Translations under genes and position numbers: made by a program | Shown: positions 35,210 through 45,227 of the stretch, piece by piece | How the letters are laid out: every line of letters starts with the position of its first letter | How positions within the stretch are numbered: the stretch's first letter is position 1 | Virus record (IMG/VR): IMGVR_UViG_3300030099_004448 | Span: 174,938 to 238,937 of that record | Reading direction: 5' to 3' (one strand) | Length of the DNA: 64,000 nt | The notes under the pieces: generated by a model | Seen by the model: the letters and a program-made list of their open reading frames with translations, nothing else | What the model was told of the DNA's origin: nothing | Database searches by the model: none

Positions 35210-37389
35210 TGTCAGTAAATAATCTAACTCCAAAGGTAAGAACTAAAGCTAAAAAGGTATTGAATCTTGCGGTCAAATCCAAGAGATCGATGAAACTTAA
35301 TGAGTTGAACTTTGTTCGCACTTCAAGGTTTATTGAAAAAGAATCTAAGAGAATAAGCCAACCCAAAATTGATAAAAAAAAATTAAAGAAACTTTTAAAC
35401 ACCGACTTTGCTTCTATAGCGAGTGCAAGCCTCCCTGGTAAAGGTGGTGGAGGTCTTTTAGGATTATTAGGGGATGTTCTTGGTGGTTTTGGAGGTGGTG
35501 GGGGTAGAAGAGGTGGCCGTCGTGGTGGACCACCATCCAGAAGAGCACAACAAAGATATAGAAGAAGATTTGGAAATAGAGCTGGAAATAGAAGATTTGG
35601 TAGAATGCCTCAATTTGGTAGAGGTGGAGGTGTTCGTGTTCCCAGAGCGGGTGGATTGCTTGGTGTTGCAATGGCAGGACTTGAGTATGGAGGAAGAGTA
35701 TCTGAAGGACAAACACAGACACAGGCAATAACAGGAACTGCTGCATCCACTGCTGGTGGTATTGCTGGTGCATATGCAGGCGCAAAAGGTGGTGCTCTAT
35801 TAGGTGCTGGAATTGGTGCCTTGTTTGGTGGTGTGGGTGCTGTTCCTGGTGCTGCTATTGGTGGATTTCTTGGTGGAATTGCTGGTGGATTCGGTGGATC
35901 CATGATAGGTGGTGATATTTCGGATAGACTTACTGGTGTTGTTGGTAAGGATAAGGATAGCGAAGAAGCGGAAAAAGAACTAGAGAAGAAATCTAAGATC
36001 AATCCACTTGGAATGACTTTAGATAAGTTTGATCAAGTAGTTGACAGATTTGCTAAAGCTATAGTAAATCTAGATCTTGGTGGAAGAATTGAAGAGAGTG
36101 AAGATGAACCACCTAAAAGAGAAGACTTCCCAAATACAAGATCTGGAGCAAAGGCATATAATGAAGCGAGGCAGAGATATAGAGAAAGACAGGAAGAACG
36201 AAAAGCAAAAATACAAGAAGCACTAGACTTTGAACAGAATCAGTTTAAAAAGGGACAACAAGAGCGTGCAAGAGTAAAAACCAGAGAACAGGCAGACAAA
36301 GCGGGATTTGGAATACTTGAGGGAATCCTAGGTGAAGGGATATATGATTCCTTGATGAAGCAAGTATTTTTTGATATTCAACCTGAATCAAAAGAACCAG
36401 ATGCTACTACAAAATTTCTTACCAATTTAGGTATTTCCCCAGAAGCACAGGGTATATCGGCAATGTTAATCGAAACCGTACTGAGTGCGGCTTTGATGGC
36501 TAGGGGCAGAGGAGTTATGAAACCTCCTGCAGTTAAAACACGCCCTTTAACAAAACCAACAGCACTACAAGGTCCAGAACTTCCTCCAGTACAAAGACAA
36601 CCCGTCTCAAAACCTAGAGTAGTACGAAGTGCGGATACACTTCCAAGGCCAGAGGTTAAACCAACAGAACCTATGGTGCGACAACCAGCTCAGTCAGTGC
36701 AAGATGTATTGAATAAAAATAGAAGAGGTCGTTTAAAGAGAACCGTCAATCAAGTTGAAAAAAGTCAAAGGAGATCTGAAGCAGAACTAGATGCTGCAAG
36801 AGATATGGCAGAGGGAGGTTTTAGAAGAAGTCAATCCACAGTAAAACCTCAACAAAATCTGATTGAAGGTCAAACTACACTTCCTGATGGTTCTACTGTC
36901 TATTACCGTAGACCCATGGGTCGATCAGCCGCATCTAGACGAAATCAATTAAAATCATCAAAAACATCGTCAGAGACGCAGACAGATAGTGCAACTAAAA
37001 TTATGGAGAGAGAACAACTTCAGGTTGACGCTGATAAACTTAGTGATAAGGTAAGATTAAACCAGACTATTCAGGATGCTATAGATCAGGCTGCTCGGGA
37101 TGCCGAACGAGTAATAAAAATAAAAAAGAAAAAGAAATTCTCTCCCAGTAGTACCAATCCCTTGGAAGGTAAGGAACTTTCTAGTATAAATCAATATACA
37201 ACTTACAATGCACCAAATAATACCACTATTATTATGCAGCAGGGTGGAAATCAAATGCCGCCGCAGAGTCCACCACCACAGATGATGGCATCTGCTCCAC
37301 CTCCAACGATGCCACCAGGTCCGTCAGCGATTGATGTTGTATCACATTTGAATACGGTTATCTTCTTAAACAACTTACAAACTACTTAA
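35209..37389 (+). CDS. tape-measure-like virion protein
   Basis: RG-rich stretch, long GxxxG hydrophobic zipper, charged helical regions. Confidence 0.55.
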   Translation: MSVNNLTPKVRTKAKKVLNLAVKSKRSMKLNELNFVRTSRFIEKESKRISQPKIDKKKLKKLLNTDFASIASASLPGKGGGGLLGLLGDVLGGFGGGGGRRGGRRGGPPSRRAQQRYRRRFGNRAGNRRFGRMPQFGRGGGVRVPRAGGLLGVAMAGLEYGGRVSEGQTQTQAITGTAASTAGGIAGAYAGAKGGALLGAGIGALFGGVGAVPGAAIGGFLGGIAGGFGGSMIGGDISDRLTGVVGKDKDSEEAEKELEKKSKINPLGMTLDKFDQVVDRFAKAIVNLDLGGRIEESEDEPPKREDFPNTRSGAKAYNEARQRYRERQEERKAKIQEALDFEQNQFKKGQQERARVKTREQADKAGFGILEGILGEGIYDSLMKQVFFDIQPESKEPDATTKFLTNLGISPEAQGISAMLIETVLSAALMARGRGVMKPPAVKTRPLTKPTALQGPELPPVQRQPVSKPRVVRSADTLPRPEVKPTEPMVRQPAQSVQDVLNKNRRGRLKRTVNQVEKSQRRSEAELDAARDMAEGGFRRSQSTVKPQQNLIEGQTTLPDGSTVYYRRPMGRSAASRRNQLKSSKTSSETQTDSATKIMEREQLQVDADKLSDKVRLNQTIQDAIDQAARDAERVIKIKKKKKFSPSSTNPLEGKELSSINQYTTYNAPNNTTIIMQQGGNQMPPQSPPPQMMASAPPPTMPPGPSAIDVVSHLNTVIFLNNLQTT

Positions 37390-37390
37390 G

Positions 37391-38665
37391 ATGTCAGTAG
37401 CACTAACAGGATTAGATGTAATAGGCGCAGAAATTATCTCTGCGAATGGAAAACGTGTAGATTTTACTAATGGTATCAGGGATATTAATTACTTTGAAGA
37501 CATTTTATCTCCATGTTGCACGATGTCCATCACTGTCGATCTTGGAAGTAGAATAGTTAATTCTTTACCAATTCGTGGTGGAGAAAAAGTAGTTATAAAA
37601 TTAAGAACAGCTACTGGTGATTTTGATAGAGATGGGAATAAGGCTTTTTACGTTAAAAAAGTACAAAATTATGCTTCTGATGGACAGAAAGAAACATTTA
37701 CGTTGCAACTTGTAAGTAGAGAAGGTCTCACCAATGAGACGGCTAGATGTGAAAGAAAATATCAAAAACTTACTATTGATCAACACGTAAAAGCTATCCT
37801 AGATGATGTCCTCAAAACAAGTAACTATGAATCTAAAAATATAGAAAAAACAGCAAACACATATAGTTTTATTGGAAATCAGAAGAAACCTTTTTATATT
37901 TTGAATTGGTTGTTACCTAAAGGTATTCCAGTTTCTGGACAATCTGGAACAAATGGATCGCGAGCTGTAGGTGTTTCGGGATTTTTCTTTTATGAAAATT
38001 CTGAGGGTTTTAATTTTAAGAGTATTGAAAAACTTGTTGGAGGTGTAGATAAAACAAATCAACCAGTTGCTGAATACACATATTCCAATGTAATTGAACA
38101 CAATAAACTATCAGTTGAATTTAAAATTCTAGATTATAAAGTGTCTAGAAACATTGATCTCATAAGTTCATTGAGAACAGGAATGTATTCAAATATTACA
38201 TTTTTCTTCGATCTTTACGAAAACCGAACAGATTTCTATCAATATGACCTAAAAGACGAAATCCTTGATAAACTAGGGGAGCAGGATGACATAGATGTTC
38301 CTGGAGGATTTGAAAGTGCTCCATCAAGAATTCTAGTCAGAACAGCAGACAGAGGTATCCTAGATCCCAATGATATTGCTGCCGACTCTGGTAGAGATAC
38401 TGCTGATATGGCAAAATCTTTCGCTAGATATAACTTGCTCTTCACTCAGTCACTAAATATGGTAGTACCATGTAACATAGGATTGAAGGTGGGTGATGTA
38501 ATTTCCGCTACTTTTCCAAAAGTTAGTTCTTCTGAAAAAGCGGAAAAAGACAATCAACAAAGTGGCAACTACTTAATAAAAAGTCTAAGACATCACTTTG
38601 AAGCAAACTCGAATGTAACTTACTTAAGTTTAATTCGTGACTCATACGGTCTCACAGATAATTAA
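37391..38665 (+). CDS. baseplate hub protein (gp27-like)
   Basis: YFEDI.SP, LPI.GGE, FFYE...GF.FKSIE, SG.YLI..L.H, L.RDS. Confidence 0.65.
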   Translation: MSVALTGLDVIGAEIISANGKRVDFTNGIRDINYFEDILSPCCTMSITVDLGSRIVNSLPIRGGEKVVIKLRTATGDFDRDGNKAFYVKKVQNYASDGQKETFTLQLVSREGLTNETARCERKYQKLTIDQHVKAILDDVLKTSNYESKNIEKTANTYSFIGNQKKPFYILNWLLPKGIPVSGQSGTNGSRAVGVSGFFFYENSEGFNFKSIEKLVGGVDKTNQPVAEYTYSNVIEHNKLSVEFKILDYKVSRNIDLISSLRTGMYSNITFFFDLYENRTDFYQYDLKDEILDKLGEQDDIDVPGGFESAPSRILVRTADRGILDPNDIAADSGRDTADMAKSFARYNLLFTQSLNMVVPCNIGLKVGDVISATFPKVSSSEKAEKDNQQSGNYLIKSLRHHFEANSNVTYLSLIRDSYGLTDN

Positions 38666-38676
38666 CAAAAAAACCC

Positions 38677-38904
38677 ATGGAAAACATCGAAGCGCATATC
38701 GAAAAGGATAAGCAAATCCTTCAAGATCCAACAACCTCGCCTCAACAACGTCGTCACATCGAAGGTGAACTTCACGAACTAGAAGTTTACGCAGAGAATC
38801 ACAAAAAAGAAATTGCTGCAGGAGATCATCACGATCCATCTCCACTAGAACTATTCTGCGAAATGGAACCAGAAGCAGATGAATGTAGAATTTACGAAGA
38901 CTAA
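38677..38904 (+). CDS. cp12: Calvin cycle inhibitor CP12
   Basis: DPSPLELFCEMEPEADECRIYED C-terminal CP12 motif. Confidence 0.92.
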   Translation: MENIEAHIEKDKQILQDPTTSPQQRRHIEGELHELEVYAENHKKEIAAGDHHDPSPLELFCEMEPEADECRIYED

Positions 38905-38908
38905 TTAA

Positions 38909-41764
38909 ATGATTGACGAGTCCATACTAAAATCTAATTTTATAGGCAAAGACGGATTCATCTGGTGGATTGGTCAAGTCGCTCCTGCAGAAACATGGAG
39001 AACTGAAAAGTCCCGAGTCGATACTGAAGTTGGTGAAGGCTGGGCTTATAGATGTAAAGTTAGAATCATTGGGTATCATAGTTTTGATGATCAAAAATTA
39101 CCCAATGAAGACTTACCATGGGCACATATCCTAACTAGTGCTGATTCAGGAGCTCCTGGCCAGGGTAGTTTTGGTAAGACACATGGACTCGTCGGTGGAG
39201 AATCTGTTTTAGGATTCTTCTTGGATGGAGAAGAGGGTCAACAACCAGTTGTTGTCTCTTGTTTCTATAGAACGAAAGCGGTACAGAACTTAAAACAAAA
39301 ATCACCCTTCAAACCTTTCACGGGTATGGAGGGTACTCTTTCACAAACTTCTACGAGAAAGAAACGCCCTAGTGCTACGACAAAAGAAATTCCTACAAAG
39401 ACTGTAGAAACAGGTCCTGCATTTAACTTTGAAGGAGGCACTGCAATTGATCTACAGGGTAATGTAGATTCTCCTTTTAATGTTTCACTGGCATTTGATA
39501 GTTCTAAAATTGGTGGTGCATCATATCTTGTAGCAGATGATTTGCAGGATGAATTATTTGGCGAAAACAAGGCAGATCTTGGACTTAACAAAGCATTTTA
39601 TGATGCAGGTCCAGTTACTAAACCTAATGGATGTTTAACTGACATTCTTGCACAAATACAAGCAGGACTCAATAGTTTTCTAGGATTTATTAATGGTCTA
39701 GAGAAGACTGCACTGGGTTATATTGATCCAGTAAGAAACTTAATTGTAGATGTTAGTTCGTCTGTAGCATCAGTTGCTAGATTAACAATGGGTCTCGTTA
39801 GATTCGTTGTTAATGGTATTAGAGAAAATATTGTTAAATTAGTTGGATGTTTATTTGAAGTATTTGCAATCACCATACCTCTACCTCAGTGGTTGCAAAT
39901 ATCTGAAGCGGCAAAACAGATTCTAGACCTAATCTTCTGTTTGTTTGAAAAACTCTTTGGTCCAATGGAAGAATTTCTCCAAGGACTCATCAATGAGATG
40001 ATTGGAGATTCTTTCAACGCTGCTGCTTGTGCAGTCGAAGAGTTTCTTGCTGCAACTATCGGTAAACTTGAAGAGATGATGCAAGATGTTCTTGGGGACA
40101 TTATGAGTGGTCTTGATTGGTTAGCTGGAGGAATCGGTGAAATTAGTGGATACATCCGTCAGGGTGTTGGTATGATTCAACAGTTGCTAAGTTTCCTGAA
40201 TTGTGATGGTCTGTTATGCAACAAACCTGGAACATGGGATCCATTCGGTAAAATAGAATTCCCATCTACAGATGATTGGGCACAGTCTCTTGCAAATATC
40301 GATATTCTTGGGGGATATGGTAGTGAGATAAATGAAGTCGCTGGATTATTGTCCTTATATGGTGGAGATACACCATTTACTGACTGTAGAGATAAAAATA
40401 TTAATCCAAAAAATCAAGGAGATGCGCCCAGAGTACCACCTGGTCACAAGTTTTATAAGTGTATTCCACCAGAAATTATCATTTATGGTGAAGGTTCAGG
40501 TGCTTCAGCAGTACCAGTCATTGATCCAAACACAGGAAAAGTTCTTACAGTCGTTGTAACTAGCCCTGGATCTGGATATACCAAAAAACCTAAAGTTAAG
40601 ATTGTAGATAATACAAATTACGGAAAAGGTGCAACTGCAAAAGCAAGAATTACAAATGGAACTGTAAGTGACATTTATGTCACAAATCCTGGTTCTGGAT
40701 ATTGCCCAACAGATCTATCAATAACACTACCTCAACCACCCAAAGATCCAGATCTACCTCCAACATGTAAAAATAGTACAGATTGTCCACCAGGATTTGT
40801 CTGTGTTGATGGATATTGTGTTCCTGGATGTGAAGATACTAAAGATTGCCCTCCTGGATATACTTGTGTTGATGGTTCATGTATTCAAACATGTTCTACT
40901 GATAAGGATTGTCCAAAAGGATATGTTTGTATTGATGGTCAATGCGTAAGAGATCCAATATTTACTATTCAGCCTATCCCTGGGGATTCGGATCCAGGCA
41001 TCAGTACTATTCCAGTTGGTATTGTTACTGACATTGTTATTGAAAATCCTGGTATTGGATACACTGGTGGTGATTATATTCAAATAGGAGACGATTGTTA
41101 CTACGAACCAATTTTAACTGCAAATGGTTCAATCATTGGTATTAAAGATATATCACCATGTAATATTCAATTTACAACCACCCCCGAAGTTCAAATCATT
41201 ACAGATACAGGAAGTGGTGCTAGTGCATTCCCTGTTACAGAATATCAACCTCAATATATCTTTGATAACCAAGATACTGTTGGTATCGGAAGTATCAAAA
41301 CTATTATCGATTGTGTTGGTATAAGAGATCTAGTCTTTGTTGGTTGGGTCAATGGATTCCCATACTATGGACCATATCATGAACATGAAGGCAAGAGAAT
41401 GGTAGGTCCAGTACATCCCAATAGACCACATGCAACAATCTATGACACCAGAGAACAGAGTCTGTTTGCTATGAATATAACACCAAAGCAATCTACAAGT
41501 GGTGATGCTACAACTCTGACGCCATTGTCAGGATATACAACTATACCAACTGCACAGAGTTCTGTGCCCACTACAAGTCCCGCTCCATCACCAACACCCG
41601 CACCCGCTCCTGCACCCGCTCCTGCACCTACTCCCACACCAGACCCAACTCCACCGCCATCCAGTCCTCCTCCATCTAGTCCGCCGCCATCTAGTCCTCC
41701 TCCATCTAGTCCTCCTCCATCACCCCCACCTTCAGGAGGCGGAGGCGGTGGATATGGCTACTAA
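38909..41764 (+). CDS. gp5: baseplate hub/spike gp5-like protein with Cys-rich and Pro-rich extensions
   Basis: N-terminal F.WW.GQV, R.KVRI.GYH, LPWA, V.GFFLDG...QQP OB-fold; no lysozyme motif seen. Confidence 0.82.
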   Translation: MIDESILKSNFIGKDGFIWWIGQVAPAETWRTEKSRVDTEVGEGWAYRCKVRIIGYHSFDDQKLPNEDLPWAHILTSADSGAPGQGSFGKTHGLVGGESVLGFFLDGEEGQQPVVVSCFYRTKAVQNLKQKSPFKPFTGMEGTLSQTSTRKKRPSATTKEIPTKTVETGPAFNFEGGTAIDLQGNVDSPFNVSLAFDSSKIGGASYLVADDLQDELFGENKADLGLNKAFYDAGPVTKPNGCLTDILAQIQAGLNSFLGFINGLEKTALGYIDPVRNLIVDVSSSVASVARLTMGLVRFVVNGIRENIVKLVGCLFEVFAITIPLPQWLQISEAAKQILDLIFCLFEKLFGPMEEFLQGLINEMIGDSFNAAACAVEEFLAATIGKLEEMMQDVLGDIMSGLDWLAGGIGEISGYIRQGVGMIQQLLSFLNCDGLLCNKPGTWDPFGKIEFPSTDDWAQSLANIDILGGYGSEINEVAGLLSLYGGDTPFTDCRDKNINPKNQGDAPRVPPGHKFYKCIPPEIIIYGEGSGASAVPVIDPNTGKVLTVVVTSPGSGYTKKPKVKIVDNTNYGKGATAKARITNGTVSDIYVTNPGSGYCPTDLSITLPQPPKDPDLPPTCKNSTDCPPGFVCVDGYCVPGCEDTKDCPPGYTCVDGSCIQTCSTDKDCPKGYVCIDGQCVRDPIFTIQPIPGDSDPGISTIPVGIVTDIVIENPGIGYTGGDYIQIGDDCYYEPILTANGSIIGIKDISPCNIQFTTTPEVQIITDTGSGASAFPVTEYQPQYIFDNQDTVGIGSIKTIIDCVGIRDLVFVGWVNGFPYYGPYHEHEGKRMVGPVHPNRPHATIYDTREQSLFAMNITPKQSTSGDATTLTPLSGYTTIPTAQSSVPTTSPAPSPTPAPAPAPAPAPTPTPDPTPPPSSPPPSSPPPSSPPPSSPPPSPPPSGGGGGGYGY
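40766..40945 (+). repeat. three tandem ~21-aa Cys-rich repeats in gp5
   Basis: C..T.DCP.G..C.DG.C x3. Confidence 0.9.
41575..41730 (+). repeat. Pro-rich PA/PT and SSPPP repeats at gp5 C-terminus
   Basis: Imperfect 15-nt repeats (ccatctagtcctcct) encoding SSPPP x4. Confidence 0.85.
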
Positions 41765-41789
41765 ATAATAAAAAGTTGACTGACGTTTA

Positions 41790-42347
41790 GTGGCCCAACA
41801 ACCCAAAGAATTTTACTGTAAATATCAAGGATTTGAATTCAAATCTGGCGTAGACGATGGTGCTGGTCGTATTATCGATTGGCAAGTAGTTACTGATAAT
41901 ATTCAAGGTATCAAATTTTGTACTGATGGTACTCACTTTCAACTATGTTATGGAACTAGTTACGATCTCTCTGGTAAAGATGTAGGAAAAGACGAACCCG
42001 CAAAGATTATTCGTGCAATAAATGGAGATATTCATATTGATGCAATGGCTGGAGATATTATTCTGAAAGGAATGAATATCAGACTTCAAGCTCAAGATCC
42101 ATCAGGAGAAATAACTCTAACTGCTGGTAAACAGATTGCTACAAAAGCTGCAATTACATCTGTTTCTGGAACCAAGGTAAATATAAATGGAACTCAAGAC
42201 GTTGGTATTAGTGGATCTACAGTTAATGGTCACGCAAAACTTCAGAATACCCAGTCTCAAGCAACTGACGAAAAGCAAGCATCTTTCTTAGGTCAGATCA
42301 TGCAAGCAATTAAAAAATTCAAACAACTCTTGGAGTGTGCGTCTTAA
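41790..42347 (+). CDS. virion structural protein (gp5 C-terminal beta-helix-like)
   Basis: I.A.NGDI.I.A..GDI.L beta-strand repeats; late promoter 41761. Confidence 0.6.
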   Translation: MAQQPKEFYCKYQGFEFKSGVDDGAGRIIDWQVVTDNIQGIKFCTDGTHFQLCYGTSYDLSGKDVGKDEPAKIIRAINGDIHIDAMAGDIILKGMNIRLQAQDPSGEITLTAGKQIATKAAITSVSGTKVNINGTQDVGISGSTVNGHAKLQNTQSQATDEKQASFLGQIMQAIKKFKQLLECAS

Positions 42348-42350
42348 ATT

Positions 42351-43235
42351 ATGGCTACCCCTATTCAACACGTTGGTGATAAGTTTATCGTAGGTGCTAT
42401 TGACACCTCTTTTTTAGATGCATCATCTAGACTCTTACCAGGAACTAGTGTTCTGAATGGACCAGTTTATATTGGTATGCCATTTTCTGTTGGTGTTGCT
42501 CGTGCAAACTGTATGATTGGACCACCATTGTTATCATTAGGTAGTCCTGCATCTTTAGAAGTCCTTGGTATTGCCAATATCTTTGGTCTCTTGAATGTAT
42601 ATGCAATTAGTACTTTTACTGGATTATGTACAAAATTTGGAACTACAATTAAGAACGCACTGAGTCTTAAGAATGGTATTGATATTGGTAATGCTTTAAG
42701 GATCGGTAATACAATTAAGGTACAGAATGGTACAGATAATGTTAACGGTATCCTGAACGTTGCTGGTGTTATTAACTGTGCATGGTTAGATGGTAAAATT
42801 GCTGCTGCAATGGCATCTCCACCAAAAGGGTTTGATATGCATCATCCAACCAAGAAAGGTTGGAGACTAACACATATTTGTATAGAAGGACCAGAGGCTG
42901 CGGTATATTATCGTGGTAAACTTAATGGTGGTAACTATATCGAACTACCTGAATATTGGAAAGGTTTGGTTGATTCTGAAAGTGTTACAGTTCAACTAAC
43001 TCCAATCGGAGTATATCAAGAACTATATTATGAGATTACTGACTGGGGGACTAGAATCAAGGTTCTAAATAATCAAGGTGGAGCAGTAAACTGTAGTTAT
43101 GTGGTCTTTGGTGAAAGAAAAGATGTTGATAAGATCGTGGTTGAGTATGAGGGAAAGATTGAAGACTATCCTGGGCGGGATCAACGTTCTATCGTTGGTT
43201 ATCATTACGATTATAGACAAGGAGTGAACGGATAA
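42351..43235 (+). CDS. virion structural protein
   Basis: Beta-repeat N-part; C-terminal FD..HP..G..L.H.C.EGPE..VY.RG..LP.YW domain typical of fibre/spike ends. Confidence 0.65.
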   Translation: MATPIQHVGDKFIVGAIDTSFLDASSRLLPGTSVLNGPVYIGMPFSVGVARANCMIGPPLLSLGSPASLEVLGIANIFGLLNVYAISTFTGLCTKFGTTIKNALSLKNGIDIGNALRIGNTIKVQNGTDNVNGILNVAGVINCAWLDGKIAAAMASPPKGFDMHHPTKKGWRLTHICIEGPEAAVYYRGKLNGGNYIELPEYWKGLVDSESVTVQLTPIGVYQELYYEITDWGTRIKVLNNQGGAVNCSYVVFGERKDVDKIVVEYEGKIEDYPGRDQRSIVGYHYDYRQGVNG

Positions 43236-44854
43236 TGGCTGCAGATCCTAAAGATATTGAAAAAAGACTTCGTGATCAATCTACTCAGATTAAAGGTCAG
43301 GTAGATCAACTAAAAGAACTGCTTGCAATTAAGGATGCAATCCTTGATGAGTATGATGAACTTATCGAAAAACTTGATAAGAAAAATTATCCCTTAATCC
43401 AAGATATTAATACAAAAATCAAAGCAACTGCAGATGCATATAAAGCAAGAATTAGTGCAGGTTGTCTAAGTGACCTCGCCTGGGTAAAACAAGAGACTAA
43501 AACTGTAGATCATGACGCTTTCGATGATGACATTGAAATTGAAACTTGGAAGGTAGAAAAGGATCCCGAACAGAGAGTTCAACTCAATAGATATGGACTT
43601 AAGTATTACAGATACCCCAAAGATAGAGACTATGGTTCTAATGTTACTGCAGAAATAGAAACTGCAAACATCGATCAATTTACTACAGTTCTTGTAATAT
43701 TTGATTCGGATACTCAGTATGAACAAGATGGAACTTCAACTCTACTCAAGGGTGTTAAAAATGGGGACTTTGTAACTGATAACTTAGATGAACCCCAAAT
43801 CTTTATAACAGGAAACTTACCTACTGTTGTTGGTCTGGGAACCACTTCATATCCTGGAATTAGATCAGATTTTACTGGATTCTGCACTGCAGTTGATAAT
43901 AAAATCTATTCTGATGCGGTTCAGGGAACTGTTCTTGATTATGCTCAAGTAGGAGATTTCATCTATGACTTTTCTGGTAATGGATTGTTGCCTGCTAACG
44001 GAGTTGAGATCACTGCTATTGATAATGTTAAAGTCCCACTCGCTATTGATGGCGGTAATACTGGTAATGGAGGCGAGGTAACATCAAAAGTTGCAACGAT
44101 CGATGGAACTGTTAATGGTAGTGCTAGTAATGTAACTTTTACTGTAGGTATCGTTTCTACATATCAAGCCGCATTCCTTAGTACGAGTCCACAAATAGCA
44201 GGTGTTCAAAGTTCTTTCACTTTTGTTAGAAACGAAGGGGCAGATATTGACTTTGACGCTGCTGCAAACCCGATTGATCCAGTGAAAATTGGTACTATCC
44301 AAGGTAAGAAGGATTATGGTAAAGGACATAAACTAGAAAGACAAAATAATGGTGATCCTGAAAAAACTAAGACGTGGAGAGAAGTTCAACAGGAACCAGA
44401 ACCTGATGTAGGATCTAGTTTTGAAGAGTATTGGGAAGGTGCCCCATCATGGCCCCAGTGGGCTGAAAGTGACGGAGAAGAACTATCTAGTCCTGTATAT
44501 GTTAATGAAGGATTCACTGTAACTATTAGTGTTGGTGGAACCATGTTATCAGGACAAAGATCAATGACATCAACACCTCCGCCATCACCAAATCCAAGTA
44601 GTAGTGAGTGTAATAACTTGCTCTCAGCAATTACTGCTGCAGAGAGTGATATGAATTCAACAATCAGTACAAATACCCCGAAGATCGACTATCTGTTGAA
44701 AGGATCTAAGACTTTAAGGAATCTCAGAGCCGAGGATCAAACTGAGGCATGGTCCTACCTACAGGGAATCGGTTATCAAAACCAAAAATCTAAAGACAAT
44801 AACTCGAATGCCGACGAAATAGGGGACTTCAACTGGTCAGAGCTTGACGACTGA
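43235..44854 (+). CDS. virion structural protein
   Basis: Coiled-coil ends, beta-rich middle; in late module. Confidence 0.6.
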   Translation: MAADPKDIEKRLRDQSTQIKGQVDQLKELLAIKDAILDEYDELIEKLDKKNYPLIQDINTKIKATADAYKARISAGCLSDLAWVKQETKTVDHDAFDDDIEIETWKVEKDPEQRVQLNRYGLKYYRYPKDRDYGSNVTAEIETANIDQFTTVLVIFDSDTQYEQDGTSTLLKGVKNGDFVTDNLDEPQIFITGNLPTVVGLGTTSYPGIRSDFTGFCTAVDNKIYSDAVQGTVLDYAQVGDFIYDFSGNGLLPANGVEITAIDNVKVPLAIDGGNTGNGGEVTSKVATIDGTVNGSASNVTFTVGIVSTYQAAFLSTSPQIAGVQSSFTFVRNEGADIDFDAAANPIDPVKIGTIQGKKDYGKGHKLERQNNGDPEKTKTWREVQQEPEPDVGSSFEEYWEGAPSWPQWAESDGEELSSPVYVNEGFTVTISVGGTMLSGQRSMTSTPPPSPNPSSSECNNLLSAITAAESDMNSTISTNTPKIDYLLKGSKTLRNLRAEDQTEAWSYLQGIGYQNQKSKDNNSNADEIGDFNWSELDD

Positions 44855-44872
44855 CCTGGATGGGGTTATAGT
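44844..44872 (+). promoter_or_regulatory. sigma70-type promoter
   Basis: TTGACG-17 nt-TATAGT; GGTCAG/CTGACC inverted repeat flanks the -35 box. Confidence 0.65.
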
Positions 44873-44895
44873 ACGTGGGTAACGCAATCAAACCT

Positions 44896-45069
44896 ATGTA
44901 CGTCGAACGCGACACCCTCTCACAATTCCAAGGTCTTCTGGAAGACACCGCAGAGTATTTCTGCGATGAAAACGTAATGAGTGGTGAACTATTCTGGACA
45001 ATGGTCGAATGTTTCGCCTCTGCAAAACTTGCAGAACTTGAAGGCGAGGTTCAACCTGACATCGCATGA
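44896..45069 (+). CDS. small hypothetical protein
   Basis: EDT.EY.C.E...SGE..WT pattern. Confidence 0.7.
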   Translation: MYVERDTLSQFQGLLEDTAEYFCDENVMSGELFWTMVECFASAKLAELEGEVQPDIA

Positions 45070-45227
45070 AGTACATCGTTCAGTACGACAAACCCAAAAA
45101 GAAAGGTACAGCAACTCAACGTGCAACCTTTTTTGATATTCGTGATGCGATGATGTGGGAAAGACACATCAGAAACGAAACCAACTGTAAAAACGTAGAA
45201 CTGGTCCCCATTTTCACAGATGTTTGA
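45066..45227 (+). CDS. small hypothetical protein (53 aa, MKYIVQYDKPKKKG...), not in ORF track
   Basis: Read manually; ATGA coupling. Confidence 0.7.
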   Translation: MKYIVQYDKPKKKGTATQRATFFDIRDAMMWERHIRNETNCKNVELVPIFTDV

